NCBI GenBank assembly: GCA_963701295.1
Contig: OY969585.1
Coordinates: 2,176,001-2,240,000, forward strand
Reading direction: 5' to 3'
DNA length: 64,000 bases
Origin: Ignavibacteriota bacterium
Lineage (GTDB): Bacteria > Bacteroidota > Ignavibacteria > UBA10030
A program made the translations under genes and the position numbers. Of the stretch, positions 52,576 to 63,131 are shown in pieces. How positions within the stretch are numbered: position 1 is the first letter of the stretch; each line of letters begins with the position of its first letter. Under the pieces are notes generated by a model that was not told the DNA's origin, ran no database searches, and saw nothing but the letters and a program-made list of their open reading frames with translations.

Positions 52576-52737
52576 GTAATCTATTTCTTACTTCAAAATG
52601 ATTTACTATTTGTGTTAATATTCTTAAAAATTTTACTTGACTTTTTTTACTCTTATTCTTAATATGTGTCGAGTTTTATTAGAGGTTGTATAGATCCCCC
52701 AGTCAGTACACTATGTCATCGTAAGGAGAAGAACACA

Positions 52738-53001
52738 ATGAAAAAACCTTTCGCCCTCATTATCATTGGATGCGCGATGGTAATAGGCTCATTCGTTGGC
52801 TGCAGCAGTAAACCTTCAAATGAAGAAATGCAGCAGTTAAACGATTTGAAAGCAGCAGTGACATCGCTCGAAAAAGGAATTGCGGCACGTGAATCCGAAA
52901 AGGCTGCTCTATTGAAATCAATTGCAGATAAGGATGCACAACTGGCGCAATGCGCCAAAGACAAGGAAGCACTTCAACAGCGTCTTCAAGGTGTGAAGTA
53001 A
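52738..53001 (+). CDS. Small coiled-coil lipoprotein
   Basis: AAGGAG RBS, FVGC lipobox, heptad repeats. Confidence 0.85.
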   Translation: MKKPFALIIIGCAMVIGSFVGCSSKPSNEEMQQLNDLKAAVTSLEKGIAARESEKAALLKSIADKDAQLAQCAKDKEALQQRLQGVK

Positions 53002-53030
53002 TCGGATAGCCCAACAAGGAGATTAAAAAA

Positions 53031-53792
53031 ATGAAATACGTAATTCGGTTAAGTTTAATAGCAATATTGGTTGGTGCTTTCACTTGTATATCATTTACTC
53101 AAGATGAAATGACAAAGGATGAATGGCAAAAACAAATTTCCGAGCTGACGGCAAAAAGTACCGTACTCAAGGGTAAACTTGACAGTTTGCAGAAAGAAGT
53201 GCAAGGACTCCAAAAACAAGATGCAGAAAAAGCCCTGGCGTTGAAACAATGCTCAGATGAGCTTGCAACAATGCAGGGACAACAGGAAGCTCCATTTGCG
53301 GCAAAGCTTGATGCTATTGATGCTCGTCTGAACGAATTGTCCAAATTATCAAATCAGGATTTGTGGGCGCGTCGGGCCGAATTGGATAGCGTTCAAAATT
53401 GGATTAACGTTGCGGGAAAAGATCCTCTCAGTGTAATTCAAAAGTATCAAGATCGCTTGAAAGATCAACAGAGTCGTCTGGATGGATTAAAGAAGACATT
53501 GGAACAAATTATCGCTTCCGGTGAAATTATGCCGACCTATACCGTCGGTACATGGGCAAGAGATAGAGATTGTTTGTGGAATATTGCCAAGAAGCCAAAG
53601 ATTTATGATAATCCATTCTTATGGCCAAAGATTTGGCAAGGTAACCGGGACCAGATTAAGAATCCTGATGTGATTCATCCAGGACAAAAACTGAAGATTC
53701 CTCCGAAAGCAGATCTGACGAAGGAAGAAAACAGAGCATTACGTTCCTATTGGTCAAAGAAGCGGGAAAAAGCAGCCGCAGTAAATCCATAA
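53031..53792 (+). CDS. Coiled-coil LysM peptidoglycan-binding protein
   Basis: YTV..DCLWNIA..IY..WPKIWQGNRDQIKNPDVIHPGQKLKIP. Confidence 0.9.
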   Translation: MKYVIRLSLIAILVGAFTCISFTQDEMTKDEWQKQISELTAKSTVLKGKLDSLQKEVQGLQKQDAEKALALKQCSDELATMQGQQEAPFAAKLDAIDARLNELSKLSNQDLWARRAELDSVQNWINVAGKDPLSVIQKYQDRLKDQQSRLDGLKKTLEQIIASGEIMPTYTVGTWARDRDCLWNIAKKPKIYDNPFLWPKIWQGNRDQIKNPDVIHPGQKLKIPPKADLTKEENRALRSYWSKKREKAAAVNP

Positions 53793-53841
53793 AAATGATT
53801 GAATCACGCACAATCTGCGTGGATATACAGAACATGAATAT

Positions 53842-53890
53842 AGGCGCCCTCACGGCAGCAGTAGCTGCCGGAGGGCGTTTGTTTTTTTTA
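53842..53890 (+). terminator. Intrinsic terminator
   Basis: GGCGCCCTC-A-CGGCAGC-AGTA-GCTGCCG-GAGGGCGTT then a T-run. Confidence 0.85.
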
Positions 53891-53919
53891 TTATCACCTG
53901 TGAAAGGAGTTTTGAAAAG

Positions 53920-54918
53920 TTGACTGAAAAGAAGATACCACTTGCCGGTGTTGATGTTGTTCAATTACTTGGTTTCAACGATGCAAATCTTCAGATGATT
54001 GAAGAACGATTCGATGCGAACTTGACAGTTCGTGGAGATCAGTTAATGATCCGTGGTTCGCAATTTGAAATCGGGAAGATTGAAAAAGTGGTTGGTGAAC
54101 TGATCTATATGTTAAATAAAAACGGCAGTCTGAATCCTAATGATATAGATACTGTCATCGATCTTGTTTCGGTCAACGGCTCAGCACCAGATGTCTCCTC
54201 AGAAACGCAGGCGGAAGATAGCGATTCTATTATCTTGTATACGAAGATGGGTATAGTAAAAGCCAGAACACAGGGACAGAAACAATATATCCAGCAGATA
54301 CGGAAAAACGACATTGTTTTTGCTATTGGACCGGCTGGTACGGGAAAAACCTACCTTGCGGTAGCAATGGCAGTTGCTGCTCTAAAAAATCGCGATGTCA
54401 CGCGTATTATCCTTGCACGTCCTGCCGTGGAAGCGGGAGAGAGTTTAGGATTTTTACCCGGTGATTTCCGTGAGAAGATCGACCCGTACTTGCGCCCGCT
54501 CTATGACGCGTTGGAAGATATGCTCTCTGTAGAGAAACTTCGCGGGTATCTCGAGAAACGAATTGTTGAAATTGTGCCACTCGCCTATATGCGCGGGAGG
54601 ACGCTTCACAATGCATTTGTTATTCTCGATGAAGCACAGAATGCTACTGCCATGCAGATGAAAATGTTCCTGACACGGCTTGGTCCAAATTCCCGTGCCA
54701 TCATAACCGGTGATGTCACTCAAATCGACTTACCAACTAAAACGACATCCGGTCTTGTACAGATACAAGAGGTGTTGAAAAAAGTACAAGGTGTTACATT
54801 TTGTTCCTTCGATAAGAATGATGTCGTGCGCCATAAACTGGTGAAGGACATTATCGAAGCGTACGATCGCTACCACACCAACGGAACAGGAGATGGCAAA
54901 AACATCGGCGAAAATTAA
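53920..54918 (+). CDS. phoH: PhoH-family ATPase
   Basis: GPAGTGKTYLA, RPAVEAGE.LGFLPG, YMRGRT, DEAQN. Confidence 0.93.
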   Translation: MTEKKIPLAGVDVVQLLGFNDANLQMIEERFDANLTVRGDQLMIRGSQFEIGKIEKVVGELIYMLNKNGSLNPNDIDTVIDLVSVNGSAPDVSSETQAEDSDSIILYTKMGIVKARTQGQKQYIQQIRKNDIVFAIGPAGTGKTYLAVAMAVAALKNRDVTRIILARPAVEAGESLGFLPGDFREKIDPYLRPLYDALEDMLSVEKLRGYLEKRIVEIVPLAYMRGRTLHNAFVILDEAQNATAMQMKMFLTRLGPNSRAIITGDVTQIDLPTKTTSGLVQIQEVLKKVQGVTFCSFDKNDVVRHKLVKDIIEAYDRYHTNGTGDGKNIGEN

Positions 54919-54924
54919 AGTGTA

Positions 54925-55701
54925 TCAGACGTCCGATTTCTTTTTTGCATCCCAAATTTCATCCATCTCTTTCATCGAAACCGTCCAGATACGTCTTCCT
55001 CGCCGTTGAAGTTCTTCTTCGACGTGGTAGAATCGTTTAGTGAACTTATTCGTCGATCCGTTGAGCGCAAACTCAGGATTGACTCCGATAAATCTGGAAT
55101 AGTTCACAAGTGCGAACAGTACATCTCCAAATTCTTCTGCAATCCGATCTTGCTTTTTTGAATGTTCAGCACCTGCAAGCTCTTTAATTTCCTCTGCCAC
55201 TTTTTTCCACACGTCGCGTTTCTTTTTCCAATCAAATCCCACTTTTGATGCTTTTTCTTGAATGCGAAGCGCTCGTAGGAGTGCGGGCATTTCCTTTGGT
55301 ACGCCATCGATTACTGAAGTTCTGCCTTCTCTAAGCTTGATATGTTCCCAGTTCCTTTTTACTTCATGGGCATTTTTTACTTGAGTAATGCCAAACACAT
55401 GGGGATGCCGTCGAATCATCTTTTCTGAGATGGATTCAATGACATCATTCAATGTGAATGCTTTCTCTTCTTCTGCCATAACAGCATGCAAAACGATTTG
55501 AAGTAAGATATCTCCAAGTTCCCGTTTTAGCTCTGAGAGGTCTTGTTGATCGATTGCTTCGATGACCTCATATGTTTCCTCGATCAAACTGTGGCGGATG
55601 GATTGATGCGTTTGCTCCCGGTCCCATGGACATTCTTTTCTCAGACGCTTGACGATTTTGATAAATTTTTTGAATGAATCATTTTTCTTCTTTTTTCGCA
55701 T
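54925..55701 (-). CDS. mazG: Nucleoside triphosphate pyrophosphohydrolase
   Basis: CPWDREQT, EETYE, ELGD, RRHPHVF, EEFGD. Confidence 0.95.
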   Translation of the reverse strand: MRKKKKNDSFKKFIKIVKRLRKECPWDREQTHQSIRHSLIEETYEVIEAIDQQDLSELKRELGDILLQIVLHAVMAEEEKAFTLNDVIESISEKMIRRHPHVFGITQVKNAHEVKRNWEHIKLREGRTSVIDGVPKEMPALLRALRIQEKASKVGFDWKKKRDVWKKVAEEIKELAGAEHSKKQDRIAEEFGDVLFALVNYSRFIGVNPEFALNGSTNKFTKRFYHVEEELQRRGRRIWTVSMKEMDEIWDAKKKSDV

Positions 55702-55809
55702 TTACACTCCAATTTTTGTTTATCATACCGAAAAACAATTCCAGAATCAAACATCCAGAATCAAGTGTTTGTTTTTATAGAAGTTATTGCGTAATTTGAA
55801 CATAATTCT

Positions 55810-55882
55810 GGGGCTGTAGCTCAGCTGGGAGAGCGCTTCGTTCGCAACGAAGAGGTCGTCAGTTCGATCCTGATCAGCTCCA
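55810..55882 (+). tRNA. tRNA-Ala (anticodon CGC)
   Basis: GGGGCTG/CAGCTCC acceptor with G3-U70; CTTCG-TTCGCAA-CGAAG anticodon arm. Confidence 0.95.
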
Positions 55883-55989
55883 CAAGCTTGCAAACAGAAG
55901 TTTTTATTGATCTTGAAAATGTTTTACTGAAAACTAGTAGTTAATAATTGGATTATATACACAAAAGTCGGAGTTTTATTGGTTTCTTT

Positions 55990-56091
55990 GGGGTCAAGTC
56001 CTGTGCAACAAAGCATTGCCCAACCCCGCCAGGTCCGGAAGGAAGCAACGGTCAGCAATCAGTTTTGTGTGACGCAGGGAAACTTGACCTC
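55990..56091 (+). ncRNA. ffs: SRP RNA (4.5S)
   Basis: CAGGTCCGGAAGGAAGCAAC domain IV; closing stem GGGGTCAAGT/ACTTGACCTC; T-run. Confidence 0.93.
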
Positions 56092-56405
56092 TTTTTTTTG
56101 TTGGATTTCTAAACCTTACAGCCACCACCGGAGGCTCGTGCCTCAGAACCGCACGGAAAACGGTTAAGATCATATGGTTCATTTTCCTATAACCATCATA
56201 ATTTATGCCATCAGTCTCATGCTTTCAGATGAGCATAATTCTGAATTTGGCAGGACACTACGTTTCAGCCGATTTGGAGGAGGATTCACGCAAGTGTTTC
56301 CTCGCCTCGAATGGTATCAGTATTCAGGCGGGACTTCTCCACTTCGTTTTGAAACGCGGCAAGTTCACAACATCATTTTATTGCTGCAGTGGAAGAGGAT
56401 CTTGC

Positions 56406-58064
56406 ATGAAAAAAGATATTATCATCAATTCAACTGCGAACGAACATCGCATTGCTATTCTTGAGGATGGCAAGACCGCTGAACTGTTCGTAGAAACACC
56501 AGGTAAAAATCGTAATGTTGGCGACATCTATCTTGGAAAAGTTGCCAAAGTAATGCCTGGCATTCGTGCTGCATTTGTCGATATTGGCATGGGGCAAGAT
56601 GCTTTCCTGCATTTTTCGGATATCGGTTCCATTGAAGAATACAGTTCGCTCTTCGAAGAAGATGAAGACGAAAAGGAAGAAGAAGCCGCAGAAGTAGTTG
56701 CAGAAACGGCACTCCAAAGTCCTCACGATGTGGCGCAAGTCAGCGGAGGAAATGGTGTGCCTCCTACCAACGAACAGACAGATGGTAGAGAACGACGTCA
56801 CAATCAACAACGACGCCATCATTCTGCACAGAATTTTCCACAAGTCAATCTGCAAAAGGGACAAGAGATACTTGTGCAGATTACAAAAGAACCGATTGGG
56901 AAAAAGGGGGTGCGCGTTCGTTCGGCAATTTCACTCCCTGGGAGATTTCTCGTTCTCATCCCTTTCGATGGGAAAGTAGGAGTTTCCAAAAAACTTGCCA
57001 GCTTTAAAGAGAAACGACGGCTTCGAAAAGTGGTACGCACAATGCTGCCGAAGGGATTCGGTGCTATCATCCGCACTGTTGCGGATGGGAAAACAGATGA
57101 GATGCTTCAGCAAGATCTTGATGATCTCGTTAAGACATGGGAGGGCATCGAGAAAGCTGTAAAATCGGCAAAAGCTCCGACGCTTATTTACAAAGACATG
57201 AACACCACATCGAGCGTTATTCGCGATCTGTTTCAGGAAACGGTTGAGCACGTTGTCGTGGATGAAAAAAAGCTTTTCAAAGAAATTCGGAACTATGTCC
57301 AATGGATGTCGCCTGATATGCTCAATCGAGTGGAATACTATCGGGAAAAGGAACCAGTTTTTGATAAGTACGGAATTGAGAAAGACATTCAGGTTCTTCT
57401 TAGTAAAAAAGTATGGTTAAAGAGCGGTGGATACTTGTTCATCGAGAAGACGGAAGCAATGACCGTCATCGACGTGAATAGTGGACGGTATGCTGCTAAG
57501 CGAGAACAGGAGTTGAACTCACTGCGCACCAACCTTGAAGCGGCACGCGAAGTTTGCCGGCAGGTTCGGCTGCGTGACATCGGTGGCCTCATCGTGGTTG
57601 ATTTCATAGATCTAGAGGACGATAAAAATCAGAAGAAGATCTACGATGAAATGAAGAAAGAATTGAGGAGGGATCGTGCAAAAGTCACGGTACTGCCTAT
57701 GACAGAATTTTGCTTAGTGCAGATGACACGCCAGAGAATTCGCCAAAGTGTGCAACTGAGTTTCAGCGAAGCGTGTCCTATGTGCGGCGGTACCGGTCAA
57801 GTACAATCTAAGACATCGACGATGAACCAGATTGAACGCTGGATCAAACGATTTAAAACGGAAAAACGAGAGTATCGGTTGGAGTTACGTGTTCATCCAA
57901 CTATTGCAGAATATCTTTGCAATGGCACAATCAGCCGGCTGACAAAACTGCAATTCAAGTTTTTTGTTAAAGTAAAGCTTGTTCCAGATACGGCACTCCC
58001 TGCTGAAGAATTCAAGTTTTTCTCGATGAGGCAGCAGAAAGAAATTACCGACCAATATAAATAG
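56406..58064 (+). CDS. Ribonuclease E/G family
   Basis: GDIYLGKV..AAFVDIG (S1), VQITKEP, VIDVNSG, GGLIVVDFID, CPMC. Confidence 0.95.
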   Translation: MKKDIIINSTANEHRIAILEDGKTAELFVETPGKNRNVGDIYLGKVAKVMPGIRAAFVDIGMGQDAFLHFSDIGSIEEYSSLFEEDEDEKEEEAAEVVAETALQSPHDVAQVSGGNGVPPTNEQTDGRERRHNQQRRHHSAQNFPQVNLQKGQEILVQITKEPIGKKGVRVRSAISLPGRFLVLIPFDGKVGVSKKLASFKEKRRLRKVVRTMLPKGFGAIIRTVADGKTDEMLQQDLDDLVKTWEGIEKAVKSAKAPTLIYKDMNTTSSVIRDLFQETVEHVVVDEKKLFKEIRNYVQWMSPDMLNRVEYYREKEPVFDKYGIEKDIQVLLSKKVWLKSGGYLFIEKTEAMTVIDVNSGRYAAKREQELNSLRTNLEAAREVCRQVRLRDIGGLIVVDFIDLEDDKNQKKIYDEMKKELRRDRAKVTVLPMTEFCLVQMTRQRIRQSVQLSFSEACPMCGGTGQVQSKTSTMNQIERWIKRFKTEKREYRLELRVHPTIAEYLCNGTISRLTKLQFKFFVKVKLVPDTALPAEEFKFFSMRQQKEITDQYK

Positions 58065-58142
58065 GAACTCTATAATCATCCACTTACGGATATATCGTTA
58101 TTGAGAGATTTCTTGCTGACTGGAAAAAACTCAAAGAAAATA

Positions 58143-59231
58143 ATGCTGAAACGGACTCCATTTTACAACCTTCATACAGCGCTTGGAGCGAAGATGGTGG
58201 AATTTGCCGGCTATGAAATGCCGGTCCAGTACTCTGGCATCATTGAAGAGCATCTCGCTGTTCGTAAGAAAGTTGGTGTCTTCGATGTTACACATATGGG
58301 AGAATTTTTCTTACGCGGCAGCGACGCACTCGCGTTTCTTCAGAAAGTAACGATTAATGACGTTGCCAGATTGAAGCCGGGAAGAGTGCAGTATTCCGCG
58401 ATGTGTTATCATGACGGCGGCATCATTGATGACCTTCTTATTTACCGGATGGAAAACAAGTATATGCTTGTTGTGAATGCATCGAATCTTCAAAAAGATT
58501 TTGATTGGCTGCAATCTCAGAAATTTGGTGATGTGGAAATTGAGAACGTGAGCGATACAACAGCATTGCTTGCAGTCCAGGGTCCCAAATCGCTTGCAAC
58601 GCTCCAGAAGTTGACGAAGGAAGATCTGTCGAAAGTTGAATACTACAGCTTTACTCATAATACAGTCGCAGGAATCTCCATAATCATTTCACGTACTGGC
58701 TATACTGGTGAGCTTGGATTTGAATTATATTTCAATACTGATGCTGAGCAAGCAAAAAAAATATGGAATGCGATCTTTGACGCAGGCAAGGAATTTGGTA
58801 TCACACCCGTCGGGCTTGGTGCCCGTGATACGTTAAGACTCGAAATGGGATTCTGTCTTTATGGAAACGACATCGACAAAACCACGCACCCGCTTGAAGC
58901 CGGTTTGGGGTGGATTACAAAGCTTAATAAGAAAGATTTTATTGGAAGAGATGCAATCGTAAAGGCAAAACAAGAAGGTCTGAAGCGAAAGTTAATCGGG
59001 TTCACGCTTCCGGATAGGGCGCTTGCACGTCATGGTTATGAAATTATGTATAACGCTCGTGTCGTCGGTCAGGTAACTAGCGGAACATTTTCACCATCGC
59101 TTCAAAAGGGTATTGGAATGGGATACGTTGCTTCCGAACTTGCCAACGTCGGAACAATTATTTCGATTCTTGTGCGAGGGAAAGAAATTCCGGCGACCAT
59201 TGTGACAGTACCATTTTTACAGAAACATTAG
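58143..59231 (+). CDS. gcvT: Glycine cleavage system aminomethyltransferase
   Basis: [38 protein letters not shown]. Confidence 0.97.
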   Translation: MLKRTPFYNLHTALGAKMVEFAGYEMPVQYSGIIEEHLAVRKKVGVFDVTHMGEFFLRGSDALAFLQKVTINDVARLKPGRVQYSAMCYHDGGIIDDLLIYRMENKYMLVVNASNLQKDFDWLQSQKFGDVEIENVSDTTALLAVQGPKSLATLQKLTKEDLSKVEYYSFTHNTVAGISIIISRTGYTGELGFELYFNTDAEQAKKIWNAIFDAGKEFGITPVGLGARDTLRLEMGFCLYGNDIDKTTHPLEAGLGWITKLNKKDFIGRDAIVKAKQEGLKRKLIGFTLPDRALARHGYEIMYNARVVGQVTSGTFSPSLQKGIGMGYVASELANVGTIISILVRGKEIPATIVTVPFLQKH

Positions 59232-59246
59232 TACAAAGGGGTGTGC

Positions 59247-60005
59247 ATGAAAATAGATCTCAGTTTTAACGCTGGACAGTTCGATGAGTTGCAATTGCGC
59301 GAGAAGAACGTGATCGTTCTTGATGTCTTACGTGCAAGTTCCACTATCACTGTCGCTCTCAACAATGGGGCGCGTGAAATTATTCCGGTTGCAAGTATCG
59401 AATCTGCAGTGAAGATTTCCGGTAGCCTTTTTGGTGAGGTGACGCTCCGGGGAGGCGAACGCAATGGAAAAACCATTGAGGGATTTAACCTCGGGAATTC
59501 ACCGCTGGAGTACAGCGAAGCTGCAGTGAAAGGAAAGTCCATTATTTACTGCACGACGAACGGTTCCATAGCGATGGCGAAGAGCCGGTATGCGCGCACA
59601 TTGGCAGTTGCTTCATTCATCAACTTAACAGCAACAACTGATTTTATTCGAAACGAGAATAAAGATTTTCTTTTTATTTGTGCAGGCAGGGCGAACACCG
59701 TTGGAAATTTCAGTTTAGAAGATGCAGTGTGTGCCGGGATGATGATCCAGAATCTTTTGAAGGCTGAATCTCTGGAGATAGAGTTGAGTGATTCAGCAAA
59801 AGCTGCCCATGTACTCTTTAAATCATTCGGACGTTCAATTCTCAAAATGTTGAAGACCTCTGAACATGGCAAGTATCTTATCGAGATCGGTTTTGCAGAG
59901 GATTTAAAAATTTGTGCTCAAGTCGATTCGGTTCCGGTGCTTCCGATCCTAACCGGCACTGTTATTAAACTTAAAAAAGAAGAACTAAGCATCGAGTCTG
60001 CATAG
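59247..60005 (+). CDS. comB: 2-phosphosulfolactate phosphatase family
   Basis: DVLRASSTI, GERNG, GNSP, TTNG, SLED..CAG. Confidence 0.9.
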   Translation: MKIDLSFNAGQFDELQLREKNVIVLDVLRASSTITVALNNGAREIIPVASIESAVKISGSLFGEVTLRGGERNGKTIEGFNLGNSPLEYSEAAVKGKSIIYCTTNGSIAMAKSRYARTLAVASFINLTATTDFIRNENKDFLFICAGRANTVGNFSLEDAVCAGMMIQNLLKAESLEIELSDSAKAAHVLFKSFGRSILKMLKTSEHGKYLIEIGFAEDLKICAQVDSVPVLPILTGTVIKLKKEELSIESA

Positions 60006-60030
60006 GCGGTGAGTTCTCAAGATGTCCTGA

Positions 60031-62469
60031 ATGGCAGAGAATCAAACTATATCCTCAACGAAACGATCACGATATCATCGCCGGCAGATCGGTGCGTTTA
60101 TCGGAATTCTTACTTCGATCATGCTTCTGTTAAGCATCCTTTCTTATTCTGCCATAGATCAAGCGAGCGGAGAGATTTCACTCTGGGATCTTTTGAAAGT
60201 GTTATCGAATGATGAAGCAATTCTATTAAAAGCTGAACGCACGCAGAACTGGCTAGGATTACTCGGGGCTGTTGTATCGAATTGGTTTATCAATTCAACA
60301 ATCGGCTTTGCGGTGATTATCATCCCGTTTCTCGGCATTGTGTGGTCCATCTACTTATTCAATGAAAAAAACTTACGCCATAAAATTATCATTACGAATT
60401 ATACGATTCTCTTAGCAGTGTTGTTCTCTTCCTTTGCCGGTCTTCTCAGACAATTCGATAGTTTATTACCGATGGAGTGGAGTGGAGTAGTAGGTCATTT
60501 TATTGCCTATGTGTTGTCGAAGTCCGTTGGCCTCGCCGGCGCTTCATTCATTATTGTTGGCGGATTCATAATTGTTCTTACATTGCTCGTGGATTTGGAT
60601 TATAAAGTGACCTGGACAAAACTGCGCGTAGCCATTGCTGCATGGATGGAATGGCTGAGAGAGAAGCAGGAAGCATGGAATGTGCGACACAATACTCAGC
60701 AAAAAGAAATTCAAACAAAACGTGCGCAAGAGGCGGTCCGAATCAAGAAACCTTCGGAAGAATTATCTGAGCAAAGTCCTGCCAGACCGCATGTTACTCC
60801 GATCAATCCGATCATAAAATCGGCACCTTTAAAACCAACAACCCAAGCGATTCCATTGGCTGCTCCTCCACAGACCGGGCAGCAGGCTGATTCTGAACTT
60901 ACAATCGATATCCGCGAAAAGATGGTAGAGGCAGAGATAGATTATGATGACCGCGCCTTAGAAACAAAAGAAGATATAGTAGAAGAAATTGATTATATCT
61001 TTCCTTCGGTTGATTTGCTCGATATACATCGAGGAAGTGAAGAAGTAAACGAGGAAGAACTGAAAGCGAATGCAGAATTGCTGCGATCTAAACTTTCCGA
61101 CTTTTCTGTCGAGATCGACAGCGTTTCGGTGACTCCGGGTCCGGTTGTTACGCTCTACGAGCTTGTGCCTGCCACAGGTGTGAAAATTAGCAGAATCGAA
61201 AGTCTGCAGGACGATATCGCGCTTGCATTGAAGGCAAAAGGCATACGTATTATTGCCCCGATGCCCGGCAAAGGAACCGTTGGTGTCGAGATTCCGAATC
61301 ATAATCCATCTCTGGTGACAATTCGTGGTATTATTAATTCTGCAAAGTTCCGGGATTCGAAAGCGATCCTTCCGCTCGCAATGGGGAAAACAATTTCCGG
61401 GGAAGTGTATGTAGATGATCTCGCCAAAATGCCGCATCTGCTCATGGCCGGCTCAACAGGTTCTGGCAAAAGTGTCGGCATTAACACTATTATCACCAGT
61501 ATTATTTATCGCTTGCACCCGAGCGATGTCAAGTTCGTTATCATTGACCCAAAGAAGATTGAATTGTCGCTCTTCAAGAAATTACGCAATCATTATCTTG
61601 CCGTTTCACCCGATATAGATGAAGAGATTATCACTGAGCCGAACAATGCGGTGCTCGTCTTGAAAAGCGTCGAATTGGAAATGGAGAACCGATACAATCG
61701 GCTTGCCTCTGCAGGTGTGCGGAATCTGACGGACTACAATGAACGTTTCGCCGCCGGCCGCTTGCACGATACAGAGACTATGAAGCATCGTAAAATTCCA
61801 TACCTCATTGTTATCATAGACGAGCTTGCCGATTTGATGATTACAGCCGCAAAAGAAGTCGAGGAACCGATTGCACGCCTGGCGCAGCTGGCTCGAGCCG
61901 TTGGTATTCACTTGGTTGTAGCAACGCAACGCCCGTCGGTTGATGTGATCACTGGTGTTATTAAAGCAAATTTTCCAGCGCGGCTTGCGTATCAGGTTTC
62001 ATCGAAAATTGACTCGCGAACTATTCTTGATATGAATGGTGCGGATCAGCTGCTTGGAAATGGTGATATGTTATACTTGCCATCCGGTTCTCCGAAGCCA
62101 CACAGGATTCAGAACGCTTTCATCTCAACGGATGAAGTTGAACGGATTACCAATCATATCGGTAAACAAAAGGGATATAGCAGTCCGTTCAAATTGCCAT
62201 CGGTTCTGGAAAAGAAAAGACAATCGAACGCCGGTGGAAGCGTAAGCGAGGATGAATTGTTTGGAGAAGCGGCGCATATTGTCGTGCGCCATCAGCAGGG
62301 TTCGGTATCGCTCTTGCAACGGAGATTGAAAGTAGGATATTCACGTGCTGCACGACTTATCGATGAACTTGAAGCTGCAGGTATTGTCGGTCAATTTGAT
62401 GGAAGCAAAGCACGGGAAGTATTGGTAGAGACGGAAGCGGAATTGGAAACTATACTCAAGAGCCTTTGA
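60031..62469 (+). CDS. ftsK: DNA translocase FtsK
   Basis: N-terminal TMs, HLLMAGSTGSGKS, IDELADLM, ATQRPS, gamma domain LQRRLKVGYSRAAR. Confidence 0.97.
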   Translation: MAENQTISSTKRSRYHRRQIGAFIGILTSIMLLLSILSYSAIDQASGEISLWDLLKVLSNDEAILLKAERTQNWLGLLGAVVSNWFINSTIGFAVIIIPFLGIVWSIYLFNEKNLRHKIIITNYTILLAVLFSSFAGLLRQFDSLLPMEWSGVVGHFIAYVLSKSVGLAGASFIIVGGFIIVLTLLVDLDYKVTWTKLRVAIAAWMEWLREKQEAWNVRHNTQQKEIQTKRAQEAVRIKKPSEELSEQSPARPHVTPINPIIKSAPLKPTTQAIPLAAPPQTGQQADSELTIDIREKMVEAEIDYDDRALETKEDIVEEIDYIFPSVDLLDIHRGSEEVNEEELKANAELLRSKLSDFSVEIDSVSVTPGPVVTLYELVPATGVKISRIESLQDDIALALKAKGIRIIAPMPGKGTVGVEIPNHNPSLVTIRGIINSAKFRDSKAILPLAMGKTISGEVYVDDLAKMPHLLMAGSTGSGKSVGINTIITSIIYRLHPSDVKFVIIDPKKIELSLFKKLRNHYLAVSPDIDEEIITEPNNAVLVLKSVELEMENRYNRLASAGVRNLTDYNERFAAGRLHDTETMKHRKIPYLIVIIDELADLMITAAKEVEEPIARLAQLARAVGIHLVVATQRPSVDVITGVIKANFPARLAYQVSSKIDSRTILDMNGADQLLGNGDMLYLPSGSPKPHRIQNAFISTDEVERITNHIGKQKGYSSPFKLPSVLEKKRQSNAGGSVSEDELFGEAAHIVVRHQQGSVSLLQRRLKVGYSRAARLIDELEAAGIVGQFDGSKAREVLVETEAELETILKSL

Positions 62470-62471
62470 AA

Positions 62472-63113
62472 ATGAAAACAATACTTATACTGGGATTGAT
62501 GTTTTTGGGTGTCATGGAAATTATGGCACAGGAAAAAGAATTGACCGTGCAGTACGTAACAGAGAATTTACAACGGCGCTATGAGATGATCGACAACGCT
62601 ACTGCGCAGTTTGAGCAGCATGTCCGGTTCGGTTTCTCGAACATTGAACAGACTTTCCGTGGCACACTTATAATGAAGAAACCAAATCACTACCGCATAG
62701 AATCAGAACATCAAACAATTGTCACAGATGGAGTGACGGTGTGGGCATATTCTACGGCGAACAATCAGGTCATTATCGATAAATACAAAGAGAACAGTAA
62801 CTCACTTTCACCGGAACAGTTCATGTTGAATCTTCCCGCCAATTATTACACTTCAGTGCTTGGTTCAGAAAAGTTTTCAGAGGGAACGGTAATTCTCCTC
62901 AAGCTCGTACCGAAAGATGATCGGTCTTTTGTGAAGTCAGTGAAACTCTCGGTGGAAGAACATAGCTGGCTGGTCCGCAAGATTATGATTCTTGATGTCA
63001 ACGAGACAGAAACTACTTATACAGTCAAAGACATTAAACTGAATACCAATATCAAAGAGAAAACCTTCGCGTTTGAAACACCGGAGGGTGCGGAAGTTGT
63101 AGACCTTCGTTAA
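62472..63113 (+). CDS. lolA: Outer-membrane lipoprotein carrier
   Basis: AQFEQ, KKPNHYR, IVTDGVTVWAY, F.FETPEGAEVVD; follows ftsK. Confidence 0.85.
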   Translation: MKTILILGLMFLGVMEIMAQEKELTVQYVTENLQRRYEMIDNATAQFEQHVRFGFSNIEQTFRGTLIMKKPNHYRIESEHQTIVTDGVTVWAYSTANNQVIIDKYKENSNSLSPEQFMLNLPANYYTSVLGSEKFSEGTVILLKLVPKDDRSFVKSVKLSVEEHSWLVRKIMILDVNETETTYTVKDIKLNTNIKEKTFAFETPEGAEVVDLR

Positions 63114-63131
63114 TTGCACCTTATTCCTCGT

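Noticed and set aside
56205-56405. N-terminal extension of the RNase E/G ORF
   Set aside because: Family similarity begins at MKKDIIIN (56406) with a GAGGA RBS; the upstream part is probably 5' UTR.
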